From: Minisyncoccota bacterium
Lineage (GTDB): Bacteria > Patescibacteriota > Minisyncoccia > Phycocordibacterales > UBA6065
Length of the DNA stretch: 64,000 nucleotides
Direction: 5' to 3'
Assembly: GCA_036400935.1 (NCBI GenBank)
Contig: DASWWW010000002.1
Span: 63,939-127,938, forward strand
Shown: one piece after another, positions 18,808 to 28,617 of the stretch
How the letters are laid out: every line of letters begins with the position of its first letter
How positions within the stretch are numbered: the first letter of the stretch is position 1
Translations under genes and position numbers: made by a program
Notes under the pieces: model-generated
What the model was told of the DNA's origin: nothing
Seen by the model: the letters and a program-made list of their open reading frames with translations, nothing else
Databases searched by the model: none

Positions 18808-19332
18808 ATGCCTGAATCGATACCGCCCGTTCCTGAACCCGTCCACCACAAAATCGGACCCGCGCCCGGAACACCGCCTTTCAGGGTCGTGTTCCTCCCC
18901 ATCAATCTAGGCTTCGAAAACCCGCTCACAGATCACGGCGATCAGATCCGAGCACTTCAGCATTTTCAAGGCTTGCGCCGGCTGCTTCTCCATCTCGGCG
19001 GGGCCTGGTGGGTATCGCACACCGGCGACCTCAGCAAAGAGCACCCCGATCCGCTATTCGGCAAAAAGGGATATGTACATCCCGTAATCCTTCTCGCGGA
19101 TTTCAGCTCCGTGCAGACGGAACTCTCCGCCTCTCAGCTGCCCAAAGCCGCTGGGCCCATCGAGAAGCTCAATTCGGGATTCTCGCTCGAACCGTGGAGG
19201 ATCTGCCTCAATAAGTCGGGCGACAAGGAATGGCACGATCATATTAAGTTCGAGAATGGAAAGTTCTACATCGAGAGCATCCGTATCGAGCACGACCGTG
19301 CCGCTGCAGTTGCCGCGGCGACCACCGCGTAA
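18808..19332 (+). CDS. hypothetical protein
   Basis: Divergent from mnmA and followed by a clear terminator. Confidence 0.5.
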   Translation: MPESIPPVPEPVHHKIGPAPGTPPFRVVFLPINLGFENPLTDHGDQIRALQHFQGLRRLLLHLGGAWWVSHTGDLSKEHPDPLFGKKGYVHPVILLADFSSVQTELSASQLPKAAGPIEKLNSGFSLEPWRICLNKSGDKEWHDHIKFENGKFYIESIRIEHDRAAAVAAATTA

Positions 19333-19347
19333 TGCGCGGTTTTTTAT
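19325..19347 (+). terminator. Rho-independent terminator (CCGCG-taat-GCGCGG + T7)
   Basis: Read directly; it overlaps the stop codon. Confidence 0.65.
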
Positions 19348-19355
19348 TGCCGAAA

Positions 19356-20414
19356 TTATCTCAAATATTTATTCTTGTTCGCGACGTGCTCATCGTGCGT
19401 GACTCCGTAACGCATATTGCCGTCATTGTCGGTCAGATAGAAGTAATAAGCGGTCTTTATTGGGCGGACGGTAGCAGAAATGGCGGCAAGTCCTGGGTTT
19501 GAGATCGGGCCCGGCGGCAATCCCTTGTAAACATAGGTATTGTAGGGTGAATCGATCTTGAGATCCGCCAGAGTCAGCTCGGAGCTCGCCTTCTTGCCGT
19601 TTACGAATGCGAATGCGGCATCCACCTGCAGGAGCATCTTTTCATCGAGGCGCTTCCACAGAATTCCCGCGATCAGACGGCGAGATTCCTCGGTGCGAGC
19701 CTCTTCTTCTATGATCGAGGCCATAATAATGACGTCCTTGATCGGGCGACCAAACGTCTTGATCTCGGAAGCGAGCGTCTCGATGCGCTTCTTGTAGTTA
19801 TCAAGCATGCTGTTGAGCACGTCCTCGGCCGTTACGGTCGGCAGGAACATGTACGTGTCGGGAAAAAGGTATCCCTCGTACTGCTCGGCGATCTTTATAA
19901 ATTCTTTGGCGTCAAAATGGGCAAAGCGCTTGTCTTTGTCGATGAATGCGGCGATCTCGCCCGACGACCAGCCCTCAGGGATAGTGATTCGTATGTCGAC
20001 GAGCTCGTACTCGCTATTCTTTATTCGGGACGCGAGAGCTACGGCGCTTTGGCGTTCGTCGAGGTAGTAATCCCCCGCCTTGAGCGTCTTTGAGCCGCCC
20101 ATGGCAATCATGACGGCCTTAAAGGCGAAAGCCGATCGCACCGTGCCGTTCGCCTCTAGATCATGCGCCACGCCCGACAGGGTCTGCCCTGGCGCGATAG
20201 TGAGAACGGTGTCAGTTGGGAAAGACAGCGGCGCGCCAAAGAGCACCTGATAGCCGATAACCAAAGCTACGGCAAAGAGAGCGCAGAAAAGCGGCCACTT
20301 CCTGAAGCTGAATCGAAAATTGATGCAAAAAGGCTTCCGCGGAGGCTTTTGAGGCGCGTCCAGCAGGATCGGTTCCGGCGGCTCCGATATGTAGCGAAGT
20401 GATCCGTCGTCCAT
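19356..20414 (-). CDS. mltG: Endolytic murein transglycosylase MltG (YceG-like)
   Basis: N-terminal TM and YceG-like core (…YYLDERQSAVALASRI…, IPEGW…). Confidence 0.8.
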   Translation of the reverse strand: MDDGSLRYISEPPEPILLDAPQKPPRKPFCINFRFSFRKWPLFCALFAVALVIGYQVLFGAPLSFPTDTVLTIAPGQTLSGVAHDLEANGTVRSAFAFKAVMIAMGGSKTLKAGDYYLDERQSAVALASRIKNSEYELVDIRITIPEGWSSGEIAAFIDKDKRFAHFDAKEFIKIAEQYEGYLFPDTYMFLPTVTAEDVLNSMLDNYKKRIETLASEIKTFGRPIKDVIIMASIIEEEARTEESRRLIAGILWKRLDEKMLLQVDAAFAFVNGKKASSELTLADLKIDSPYNTYVYKGLPPGPISNPGLAAISATVRPIKTAYYFYLTDNDGNMRYGVTHDEHVANKNKYLR

Positions 20415-20429
20415 TGATGATTGAAAATA

Positions 20430-21671
20430 TTAGACCGGCAAGTTTGCTGGGGCGTCTCCGCGCTTCGATGGGATGCGCTTGAGGTTCGGGGTCTGAACCG
20501 CGCTGCCCGGGAAGTGGTACATCGTCGCGAGCTCCTCGGTGTTGAGCACGGTCCATTTCGCATTGAATGGGTAGTGGAAATAGCCTCGGTTGCAGTACGA
20601 GACGAAGTGGTCGATCTTGCGCTCAAGTAGCTTCTTGCCCGTCCAATCCTGCCACTTGTAGTCAAAGCTCATGGACTCAAGAGGCTTGAAGCCGTTAAGG
20701 TTAGGCGCGTTGAACTGCTTGAACGCTCCAAGGAGGCCTCCTCCGTTGCCCTTGTCGAAGACGTCCTTCGGAGCGATGTACATGATGCGGATGCCGGCAT
20801 CGAATGCGAACTTGGTCTGCGAGCGCTCGATAGCCTCGATGCGCTGCTTCTGGCCGGTGGTAAGCTTTACGGCGTTTGGTACCTGCTCGCCATCGGCAGT
20901 CTCTACGGCCGATTCCTCGATAATATCCTTGATCAATTCCTTCGACTCGTCCTTCCACTTGTCCGGATATTTCTCGTTGGTCGGAGTCTTCTCAGCTACG
21001 TGCGCGCGTACGACGTACTGCACCCATGCCTGATGGCCCTTCTTCAGGGTTCCCATGAATTCGATCAGAGGCGCGATAGGATCGACTTTGAATTCCTCAT
21101 CAGGATCCTTATCGAGGCCGTAGTCGACGTAGGTCTTGATAGGCAAAGGATCCGGGGCTACGGCCTCGAACTTGCAGCCCGCGATGTCGAACTTCGCAGG
21201 ATCAAAGAAGATCTTGCGGGTATAGTCCTCGACCTCGTGGATCTCAACGCCCGGATACTGCGCATAGACGCTCGCCTCGACGACGGTTCGCTGGCTCTTG
21301 AAGGTCCAGATATAGAAATGTATCTCGCCGCCGTCGGAGACGATCTCGAGCGAGAACCAAACGCGGGTCTTTCCCTCCCAATAGCGGTCGATAGGCGTTC
21401 CCTCTCCGCTGGTCTGATAGAGGCCGAGGAGCACGAGCTCCATGGCAAGCGGCGACTTTATAGTCTCCTGAGGCAACTTTATCTCGAGCAGGATCTTGTC
21501 CTGCTTCCTGATCCATTCGGTGCGCACGTAGCGGGTCCAGAGGCCCCAAGCGAGCTCGACAGTGACGATCGGTATCCAGATGACGGCAAGAAAGACGAGC
21601 CAGCGGAAAGTCTCAGGCAAGCCTACTTCGATGATGAACCGGAATACGTCGTGGAAAATAGTCGAAACCAT
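20430..21671 (-). CDS. hypothetical protein with N-terminal TM anchor (413 aa)
   Basis: Hydrophobic N-terminus LVFLAVIWIPIVTVELAWGLW. No recognised domain. Confidence 0.65.
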   Translation of the reverse strand: MVSTIFHDVFRFIIEVGLPETFRWLVFLAVIWIPIVTVELAWGLWTRYVRTEWIRKQDKILLEIKLPQETIKSPLAMELVLLGLYQTSGEGTPIDRYWEGKTRVWFSLEIVSDGGEIHFYIWTFKSQRTVVEASVYAQYPGVEIHEVEDYTRKIFFDPAKFDIAGCKFEAVAPDPLPIKTYVDYGLDKDPDEEFKVDPIAPLIEFMGTLKKGHQAWVQYVVRAHVAEKTPTNEKYPDKWKDESKELIKDIIEESAVETADGEQVPNAVKLTTGQKQRIEAIERSQTKFAFDAGIRIMYIAPKDVFDKGNGGGLLGAFKQFNAPNLNGFKPLESMSFDYKWQDWTGKKLLERKIDHFVSYCNRGYFHYPFNAKWTVLNTEELATMYHFPGSAVQTPNLKRIPSKRGDAPANLPV

Positions 21672-21702
21672 ACCCAGAGATTATACAAGAGAAACCGGAC
21701 AT

Positions 21703-21732
21703 AAAAAAGCCCGTCGCGGTGAAGCGGCGGGC
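21703..21732 (-). terminator. Rho-independent terminator after 21753-22070 gene
   Basis: GCCCGTCGC/GCGGCGGGC stem followed by a T-run on the minus strand. Confidence 0.55.
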
Positions 21733-21752
21733 TCGAGACAATGAGGGATCTT

Positions 21753-22070
21753 TTACTCTTTACCCTCGTAGTCGAGTTCCCAACCGAGGAGCAGGAGGAA
21801 CTGCTCGAAGTTGTACTCGACCTTTCGCTTCTCTTCGTCATTAGAGAGCGGCCCTCTGAACCAATACACTGAAATCCACATCTTTTCCGAGGGATGGGCA
21901 CGCTCGTCGTGGCGCAGGTCATAGACGAGCCCCTTGCTCCCGTCTTTTTCTACGACCACACCTCGCTCGATGGGCTTTTGCCCCTCGAAATAGATATTGA
22001 TCGGGTTTTCCTGGGCGCACTCGGGGCGATTGGAAGTGAAACCAATTTGGCTAGTATGTATCTTTTTCAT
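21753..22070 (-). CDS. hypothetical protein (105 aa), monocistronic with its own consensus promoter and terminator
   Basis: ORF bracketed by the 22166-22194 promoter and the 21703-21732 terminator. Confidence 0.6.
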   Translation of the reverse strand: MKKIHTSQIGFTSNRPECAQENPINIYFEGQKPIERGVVVEKDGSKGLVYDLRHDERAHPSEKMWISVYWFRGPLSNDEEKRKVEYNFEQFLLLLGWELDYEGKE

Positions 22071-22165
22071 GTTGAGTTATTGCGAGAAATTGAGCGAAGG
22101 ATGATTTGCCTTCGTACGATTTCTCCAATAACCCAATCGAATTCAACGTGCTGAACTACAATAAT

Positions 22166-22194
22166 ATTATACACCTATTATGTATAAAAGTCAA
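22166..22194 (-). promoter_or_regulatory. near-consensus sigma-70 promoter TTGACT-N17-TATAAT
   Basis: Minus-strand read TTGACTtttatacataataggtgTATAATattat. It shares extended identity with the promoter at 57586-57614. Confidence 0.6.
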
Positions 22195-22211
22195 TATTTG
22201 CTCAGACAAAG

Positions 22212-22239
22212 AAAAACCAGCCTTTAAAGCCGGTTTTTT
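22212..22239 (-). terminator. A/T-flanked short hairpin terminator after 22251-23282 gene
   Basis: aaaaaCCAGCC-tttaaa-GCCGGtttttt. Confidence 0.45.
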
Positions 22240-22250
22240 ATTTGATTTAG

Positions 22251-23282
22251 CTAAGCAGCTATCGAGTACCTGCCTTCCTTGTCCTTCTTGAAATACTTCG
22301 GATTCTGGAGGTTTACGAGGATAGTGTTCTCCTTCACGTATCGCTCCTTCAATACCTTGTCGATGACTTCCTTCTTGGTGAGAGGGCCGTTCTTCTCGAT
22401 GATCTTGTTGATCACGTCCTTAACGACTCCTGACATGTAGCCCCACTCTGAGAGAGCGTAGAGGCCGCGTCCGACGAGCACGAATCGAGGGTCCTTGATG
22501 AGCTCGTTGTGAGTAGTCGCAACGTGAGCCTTCTTGTCGAACATCTTCTCGATCTGCTTCGCCACCTCGCGGAAGTGGATAGGAGAGCCGTGCTTCCTGA
22601 TGACGAGGAATGCGTAGTCTCGCATGCCCTTTGCCTTGATGTTTGGAGAATGAGCCACTCCCCACTCGCCCAACGGATTCTTGCCGACCTTCTTTGAGAT
22701 CGAGAGCCATCGCTTCATGATCTCGTCGTTTCGGTACTGATCGTTGAGGCCCTCGACATGGTTGAGGAAGGTGTCGATCATCTCTGATTCAGGGATGATG
22801 TCGTCGTCCTTGAGGTTCTTGTAGAGCTTCTTCAAGGCGTCCTCGACCTTCTTTGAGGTTCCCTCGTCTACATGCCATCGGTGCTTGAAATGGTCGTCTT
22901 CCTTCTGCCACTTGAAAGCGCGTCCGAGGACGAGAAGGAAATAGATATGGTTCTGGGTAGACTGGTCCTTCGATACTGAATCGAGGAGGTCTTCTTCGGC
23001 GATAACGCCGCCCATCTCCGTGAGGAGGCTTTCGAGCTCCTTAAAGGCAGGGGCCTGGACCTCATACTCCTTTGACTTCTGGATATTGGAAATAGCGTAG
23101 TTCTCGATCTGGCGGACTCGCTCGCGAGTGATGCCATAGCTCTTGCCGATGGCCTCGAGGGTCATCTTCTTGGCGTCCTTGCCAAGGCCGTAACGCTTTA
23201 TCACGACTTCCTGAGCGCGGTCAGGGAGGCTCTTGAGGAGGGCTTTTACGACGATCTTAGGTTTGAGCGTGAGGGTTGGCAT
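22251..23282 (-). CDS. sigma-70 region-4-like HTH (N-term) + HARE-HTH-like winged helix (C-term) protein
   Basis: N-terminus …GKSYGITRERVRQIENYAI… is a sigma region 4.2 signature. C-terminus …HFREVAKQIEKMF…DPRFVLVGRGLYALSEWGY resembles the HARE-HTH / RNAP delta N-domain pattern. Confidence 0.65.
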   Translation of the reverse strand: MPTLTLKPKIVVKALLKSLPDRAQEVVIKRYGLGKDAKKMTLEAIGKSYGITRERVRQIENYAISNIQKSKEYEVQAPAFKELESLLTEMGGVIAEEDLLDSVSKDQSTQNHIYFLLVLGRAFKWQKEDDHFKHRWHVDEGTSKKVEDALKKLYKNLKDDDIIPESEMIDTFLNHVEGLNDQYRNDEIMKRWLSISKKVGKNPLGEWGVAHSPNIKAKGMRDYAFLVIRKHGSPIHFREVAKQIEKMFDKKAHVATTHNELIKDPRFVLVGRGLYALSEWGYMSGVVKDVINKIIEKNGPLTKKEVIDKVLKERYVKENTILVNLQNPKYFKKDKEGRYSIAA

Positions 23283-23385
23283 GTTTATTAGTAATCTTGA
23301 TAAATCTAAATTATCACTGGTTTGTTATAAAGTCAAGCTTATGTTACTAGACCACAGATGTCAAGAGATTCATGGTGCAATTTAC

Positions 23386-26289
23386 CTACTGTTTGATAAC
23401 AAAGGAAACGAGCTTGCCTGGTACCACGATAATCTTGTCGGGCTTCTTGTCCCCTACCCACTTTCTGACGTCGTCAAGGGCGAGCGCGGCCTTCTCGAGG
23501 CTCTCTTTCGACGCGTCCGGCGCCGCCGAGAAGCTTGCCCGCACCTTGCCGTTGACCTGGACGACGATGGTCGCCATGGCGTCCTTCAGCTTGGCCTCGT
23601 CGGCTACCGGCCATTCGGAAACATGGATGGATTTCTTATTGCCGAGGCCCTGCCAGAGCTCTTCCGTAATGTGCGGGGCGAGCGGTGCGAGGAGCTTGAG
23701 GAATGACTCGAAATCGGCGCGGGAAATCGCAGCTTCCTTTTCAAACGCATTCGAAAGGATCATGAGTGAACTCACGGCCGTGTTGTGCCGCAAAACTGAC
23801 ATGTCCTCGGACACTTTCTTTATGGTCTTGTGCAAGAGGGTCTCGGTCTCTGGGCTGAGCTTTGCCTCCGGCGCGTTCTTTGCGGGCTTTGCTGCGACTT
23901 TCTCGGACAATTTCCAGACGCGCTCGAGGAATCGGCGGGTTCCGATCATGCCGTTCGTATTCCAGGCGATCGCCTGGTCGAAGGGGCCCATGAACATCTC
24001 GTATACGCGCATGGTATCGGCGCCGTATGACGCGACGATCTCGTCAGGATTGACAACATTGCCGAATCGCTTCGACATCTTTCGTCCGTCCTCGCCCATG
24101 ATAAGGCCGACCGACTGCAATTTCTTGAACGGTTCGAGCGTCGAGACCGCGCCGATGTCGTAGAGGAACTTGTGCCAGAATCGCGCGTAGATCAAATGGC
24201 GGGTAGCATGCTCCGCGCCGCCGACATAGAAGTCGACCTGGCTCCAATACTTCTCCTGATCCTTCCCTACGATCGCTTTTGAGTTCTGCGGATCCATAAA
24301 GCGCAGGTAGTACCACGAAGAGCCCGCCCACTGGGGCATGGTGTTCGTCTCGCGCCTGAGGATTTTCGCACTCTTGCCCGATCCAACCTTCACATTCACC
24401 CACTTCGAGATGTCGGCGAGAGGAGATTCGCCCGTACCCGTAGGCTCGTACGACTTTACCTTCGGCAATTCGACAGGAAGATCTTTCTCAGCGACAGGAA
24501 TGTTCGTATCGCCGTCCTTCATGATCGGAAAAGGCTCGCCCCAGTAGCGCTGGCGAGAGAATACCCAGTCCTTGAGCTTGTATTTTACGACCCACCTGCC
24601 TCCGACGGCTTCGGTGATCTTTTTCTTGGCATCGACAGACTTTTGTCCGTCGAATTTTTCGGAATTGATGAGGATGCCCTCGTCAGTCATGCAGAAATTC
24701 GGAGAAAGCATGTCCCAGGCGACCTTAAGATCCGGTCGGTTTACGAAATCGCGGACCTTTTCGCGAGGAACCCAGACGATCTCGTGGAGATTCTTCTCTT
24801 CAGCCGCGGTCTCCTTCTGAGCGCCGTCCTTGAGGTGGAGCTCGACTACCACGAAATGGCCGAGGCGATTCTCTTTCTTGGCGTCGTGATAAAACTGCGA
24901 GTTTACTCGGCCGAGAGTCTTTACGTATTTGGCGTTGATGTAGCCGGTCTCCTCGGCGACTTCTCGCTCGGCGGTAACCGCCTCGCTCTCGTTGCCATCG
25001 ATGCCGCCGGTGACGAAACCCTGCCAATCATTGGTCCTCCATTTCGAGCAGAGATACTTGTCTTCAGACCAGTGCTTGATAAGGCACATGACGGCGGTCC
25101 TCTCCACGAAAGGCTTGTCCGCGCGCACGGCATCGAGGCCGTCCTTCTTGGCGAACAGCGCCTCGACGACCGGCTTTACCGGCAATTTGTATTTGGTGGC
25201 GAACTCCATGTCGCGCTCGTCGTGAGCGGGAACGGCCATAACCGCGCCCGTGCCATATTCGGCGAGGACATAGTCAGCGACGTATACAGGAACCTCCTCG
25301 TTGTTTGCGGGATTAATGGCGAAGACGCCGTCGAGCCTTACGCCGGTCTTGTCCTTCTTGGCGTCGGTGCGCTCGATCTCGGTCATCATGCGGGCATGAG
25401 CGACGTATTTGATGACTTCGTCTCGATTCTTGAGGGTTTTCAAGTCAGCGATGAGATTGGTGACGAAAGAATGCTCGGGAGCGACCACGACGTACGTGAC
25501 TCCGAACAATGTGTCGGGTCGAGTGGTGAAAACGGTGAGCTTTTCAGGCGAATTTTTGCCGGCTACTTTCAATGCAAAGCCGATCTCGGCACCTTCGGAG
25601 CGCCCGATCCAGTTTCGCTGGGATTCCTTGATCGATTCAGGCCATTCGAGCTGGTCGAGATCGGCGAGGAGACGGTCCGCATAGTCGGTGATGCGCAAGA
25701 CCCACTGGCGCATCTTCTTTTTCTCTACGGGAGTGCCGCAGCGCTCGCATTTGCCGTCCTCCACGTCCTCGTTCGCGAGGCCGGTCTTGCACGAGGGGCA
25801 CCAGTTGATCGGCTCGTACGATTCGTATGCCAAGCCCTTCTCCAGGAGCTTGAGGAAGATCCACTGAGTCCATTTGTAAAATTTCGGGTCGGTCGTATTG
25901 ACCTCGCGAGACCAGTCGTAGTCGAAGCCGAGGATTTCGAGCTGCTTCTTGTAGCGCGCGACGTTCTTTGCCACGGCGACCGAGGGGTTCGTCTTGGTCT
26001 TGATAGCATAATTTTCCGCCGGGAGGCCGAAGGCGTCGAAGCCCATAGGATGCAGCACGTTGAATCCCTGCATGCGCTTCATGCGGGAGACGATATCGGT
26101 AGCGATATAGCCCTTGGGATGCCCCACGTGGAGTCCTTCGCCTGAAGGATAAGGAAACATGTCGAGGACGTAGAATTTCGGCTTGTCGGAGGCTTCTGAG
26201 GTCTTATAGGTCTTCTTGGATTGCCATTCTTTCTGCCATTTCTTCTCGATTTTGGAGTGGTCGTACTTTTTCTGTGCCATGAAATTCAT
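23386..26289 (-). CDS. leuS: Leucine--tRNA ligase
   Basis: …PYPSGEGLHVGHPKGY… HIGH region, KMSKR motif (RKMSKRFGNVV), 967 aa. Confidence 0.95.
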   Translation of the reverse strand: MNFMAQKKYDHSKIEKKWQKEWQSKKTYKTSEASDKPKFYVLDMFPYPSGEGLHVGHPKGYIATDIVSRMKRMQGFNVLHPMGFDAFGLPAENYAIKTKTNPSVAVAKNVARYKKQLEILGFDYDWSREVNTTDPKFYKWTQWIFLKLLEKGLAYESYEPINWCPSCKTGLANEDVEDGKCERCGTPVEKKKMRQWVLRITDYADRLLADLDQLEWPESIKESQRNWIGRSEGAEIGFALKVAGKNSPEKLTVFTTRPDTLFGVTYVVVAPEHSFVTNLIADLKTLKNRDEVIKYVAHARMMTEIERTDAKKDKTGVRLDGVFAINPANNEEVPVYVADYVLAEYGTGAVMAVPAHDERDMEFATKYKLPVKPVVEALFAKKDGLDAVRADKPFVERTAVMCLIKHWSEDKYLCSKWRTNDWQGFVTGGIDGNESEAVTAEREVAEETGYINAKYVKTLGRVNSQFYHDAKKENRLGHFVVVELHLKDGAQKETAAEEKNLHEIVWVPREKVRDFVNRPDLKVAWDMLSPNFCMTDEGILINSEKFDGQKSVDAKKKITEAVGGRWVVKYKLKDWVFSRQRYWGEPFPIMKDGDTNIPVAEKDLPVELPKVKSYEPTGTGESPLADISKWVNVKVGSGKSAKILRRETNTMPQWAGSSWYYLRFMDPQNSKAIVGKDQEKYWSQVDFYVGGAEHATRHLIYARFWHKFLYDIGAVSTLEPFKKLQSVGLIMGEDGRKMSKRFGNVVNPDEIVASYGADTMRVYEMFMGPFDQAIAWNTNGMIGTRRFLERVWKLSEKVAAKPAKNAPEAKLSPETETLLHKTIKKVSEDMSVLRHNTAVSSLMILSNAFEKEAAISRADFESFLKLLAPLAPHITEELWQGLGNKKSIHVSEWPVADEAKLKDAMATIVVQVNGKVRASFSAAPDASKESLEKAALALDDVRKWVGDKKPDKIIVVPGKLVSFVIKQ

Positions 26290-26316
26290 ATTAGCGCAAA
26301 ACGCACCCTAAAACAA

Positions 26317-26349
26317 AGAGGCGCGGGTCCCATCGGGTCCCGCGCCTCT
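26317..26349 (-). terminator. strong hairpin (11-bp stem AGAGGCGCGGG/CCCGCGCCTCT), T-rich both sides
   Basis: Read directly between leuS and the upstream membrane-protein gene. Confidence 0.6.
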
Positions 26350-26381
26350 TTTAGACTTTTTTTAGAGCCCGCCCGCCGCTC

Positions 26382-27341
26382 CTAGAGAGCTCGGACAGGA
26401 TCCTTGAACGGAGGATACATCTCCGGATCGATCGTTCGCTCGAAGCAGGTCGTTCCCGCCCCGTGCTTCCAGTTCTCGCCGGCGAATCCGAAGCCGCCTA
26501 CAGGATACGCGTAGCTGTAGTCGCGGCCGTACGGTCCCTCGCCCCTGGTGTCCACGCTCGCGGTCTCGAAATCGGCGCAGAGCTTGAACTTGAGCTTGCC
26601 CTCGACGGAATAGCCGTATGGCTTGTCAGTTACAGGGTCGACAGGGGCCGTGTAGCCCGAGATAGAGTCGTCGAGCTCAGAAAGGGCCGCAGGAAGCTTC
26701 TCCTTCTGCTGCCAATGATTGAGCACCTGGTACTGGATCGAGCTGAGATTCTGGATTCGGGTGTCGTCCGCGCGGAGCTTTCGCATCGTCGCAGGCGAGC
26801 CGAAGACGAAGAATGACGAGATCACCAGAGCCGCGACCAGTACGGATGAGCCGTAGATCGTCGCGGTGAATTTTGCAGGCGAAGACGTGCCGCGAACCTC
26901 AGAGAGGTAGTGCCAGAACACGATGCCGCCCACTACGAGCACGACGAGGGTCTTGAGAAGGAATCGGGTCGAGATCTCGCCCGCCAGAAACGTGTTCAGA
27001 AGCGTGACAAGGTCGATCACGAGCATCGCCGACGAGAGGAAGAGCGTGATGTACACCATCCATCGTCGAACGAGTGACTCCTTGCGAGCCTGATCCGCCG
27101 CCATCGCCCTGGTGACGATACGCGAGAGCCAGACGAAGAGCGGAAACACGATGATGAGTGTCGCCATCGCGAATCGCACGCTCGACGAGTACGGATCGCC
27201 GTAGCCCGCGAGCCTGTCCGGGAAGAGCTTGTTAATGACATCGAAAGCGAGGCTGAGGAAAGCGGCGACGGACGCGTACAATGTCGCGACCACCCCGAGG
27301 TTCAGGAAGAAATCCTGCGCTGTAGATTTTCGTTCGTTCAT
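26382..27341 (-). CDS. hypothetical polytopic membrane protein (4-5 TM) with C-terminal soluble domain
   Basis: Multiple hydrophobic segments. C-terminal domain is rich in Y/G. Confidence 0.65.
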   Translation of the reverse strand: MNERKSTAQDFFLNLGVVATLYASVAAFLSLAFDVINKLFPDRLAGYGDPYSSSVRFAMATLIIVFPLFVWLSRIVTRAMAADQARKESLVRRWMVYITLFLSSAMLVIDLVTLLNTFLAGEISTRFLLKTLVVLVVGGIVFWHYLSEVRGTSSPAKFTATIYGSSVLVAALVISSFFVFGSPATMRKLRADDTRIQNLSSIQYQVLNHWQQKEKLPAALSELDDSISGYTAPVDPVTDKPYGYSVEGKLKFKLCADFETASVDTRGEGPYGRDYSYAYPVGGFGFAGENWKHGAGTTCFERTIDPEMYPPFKDPVRAL

Positions 27342-27560
27342 AATATGTATTAGTTAGCCGACCTGCCTATTATACGATAAAAGACTGCACAAAACCCGAC
27401 CTATTACAGGTCGGGTTTTGGCAAAATTTTATTTACTTCGCAGGCCCCACTGGTCAACCAAAGTCATAGGGCCCGTACTGCTCTTACTACATTCTAGTAT
27501 AGCGTCCTTTTCAAGTCAACATTCCCTAAAAAAGCCGCCATGCTTTCGCAAGACGGCGTG

Positions 27561-28568
27561 TCATTTCCGCTCAAAGATGCCCAGCACTCCCCGAAGGTAG
27601 TCGAGCACCCTCATTTCGGTATGGGCGGGGTCGATCAGCTTGTTGATCCGGTGCGGCAGAGAGACATGCCGCGAGCGCATCATATCCCTTACGAGTACGT
27701 GCCGCCTGTTCAGCCTTTCCATAAGCTCGAAAAGCTCGATGCTCTTAAGCAGGCCGAAACGCGAAATCTCCTGGGCCGCCTCATGCGATACGCCGGCCCA
27801 CTCGCCCGGCATGCCAAACGGCTCGATGTACGGGTAGGAGAAGCTCGCGCCGCCGACGGTCATCGGCAAGTACTCGCCCGGGCTGCATCCCGACTCGTAG
27901 CCGATAACGCGGCCGGAATGCGGCATGAGCGGAAAGATATCGTGAAAAGGAAGCCAGTCGATGACCTCTTTGACATCGATCACGGTCTTTACCCTCCCGT
28001 TGAGGCCCCTCTTGAGGGCATCGACGGCATTAAGCTTGCAGAAGCCGATGAGCACGTCTGAGACGGAGTGGCCCCTCGCGGAAAGCTCCTTGAGGACGAA
28101 TTCCAGGGTGCCGCCCGTAAAGACGCCGTCCTCGATGAGGACGACCGACTTGCCGAGCAAGTAATTGGACAGCTCATCGAGCTGAACGTCGATCGGAGGA
28201 AACCCCGGCCGAGGGCCATGACCTATGCATGCGCCATGGGGATCGTACAGCCGGTTTATGGCCAGGCATTGGCAGCCGATATACTCGGCCATGTCGGCGC
28301 AGGTGCTGAGGATGACTTTCGTGCTATCCGACCGGACGAGCTCAGACGCTCTGGCGTTGAGCTTGTCCATCAGGTCGTAGGAATCGATGACGAGGAGCGT
28401 GTGGGGTGCCACGACTCGGCGCATCAGATCGACGAAAGACCGATTGAATGAAAGCATCTCGGCTGACCGAGGCGCTGGAACTAGTAGACCAAAAGATTCA
28501 AGCATGGCTAGGCGATGCTCGAGGCTCAAGGTAACTATGAAAGTACCCGAAGCAGGGCATGGATTCAT
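27561..28568 (-). CDS. phosphoribosyltransferase (type I PRTase)-like domain protein
   Basis: VVLIEDGVFTGGTLEFVLKEL resembles the PRPP-binding motif. Start is uncertain. Confidence 0.5.
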   Translation of the reverse strand: MNPCPASGTFIVTLSLEHRLAMLESFGLLVPAPRSAEMLSFNRSFVDLMRRVVAPHTLLVIDSYDLMDKLNARASELVRSDSTKVILSTCADMAEYIGCQCLAINRLYDPHGACIGHGPRPGFPPIDVQLDELSNYLLGKSVVLIEDGVFTGGTLEFVLKELSARGHSVSDVLIGFCKLNAVDALKRGLNGRVKTVIDVKEVIDWLPFHDIFPLMPHSGRVIGYESGCSPGEYLPMTVGGASFSYPYIEPFGMPGEWAGVSHEAAQEISRFGLLKSIELFELMERLNRRHVLVRDMMRSRHVSLPHRINKLIDPAHTEMRVLDYLRGVLGIFERK

Positions 28569-28617
28569 AGGGAACCGAATGATTGTTGAAGAACGCAGGA
28601 CCTACTTGAGTGTAGCG

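Noticed and set aside
24643-26145. 500-aa plus-strand ORF
   Set aside because: It lies entirely antisense to leuS, whose translation carries the HIGH and KMSKS motifs. Low-complexity, Arg/Leu-rich shadow.
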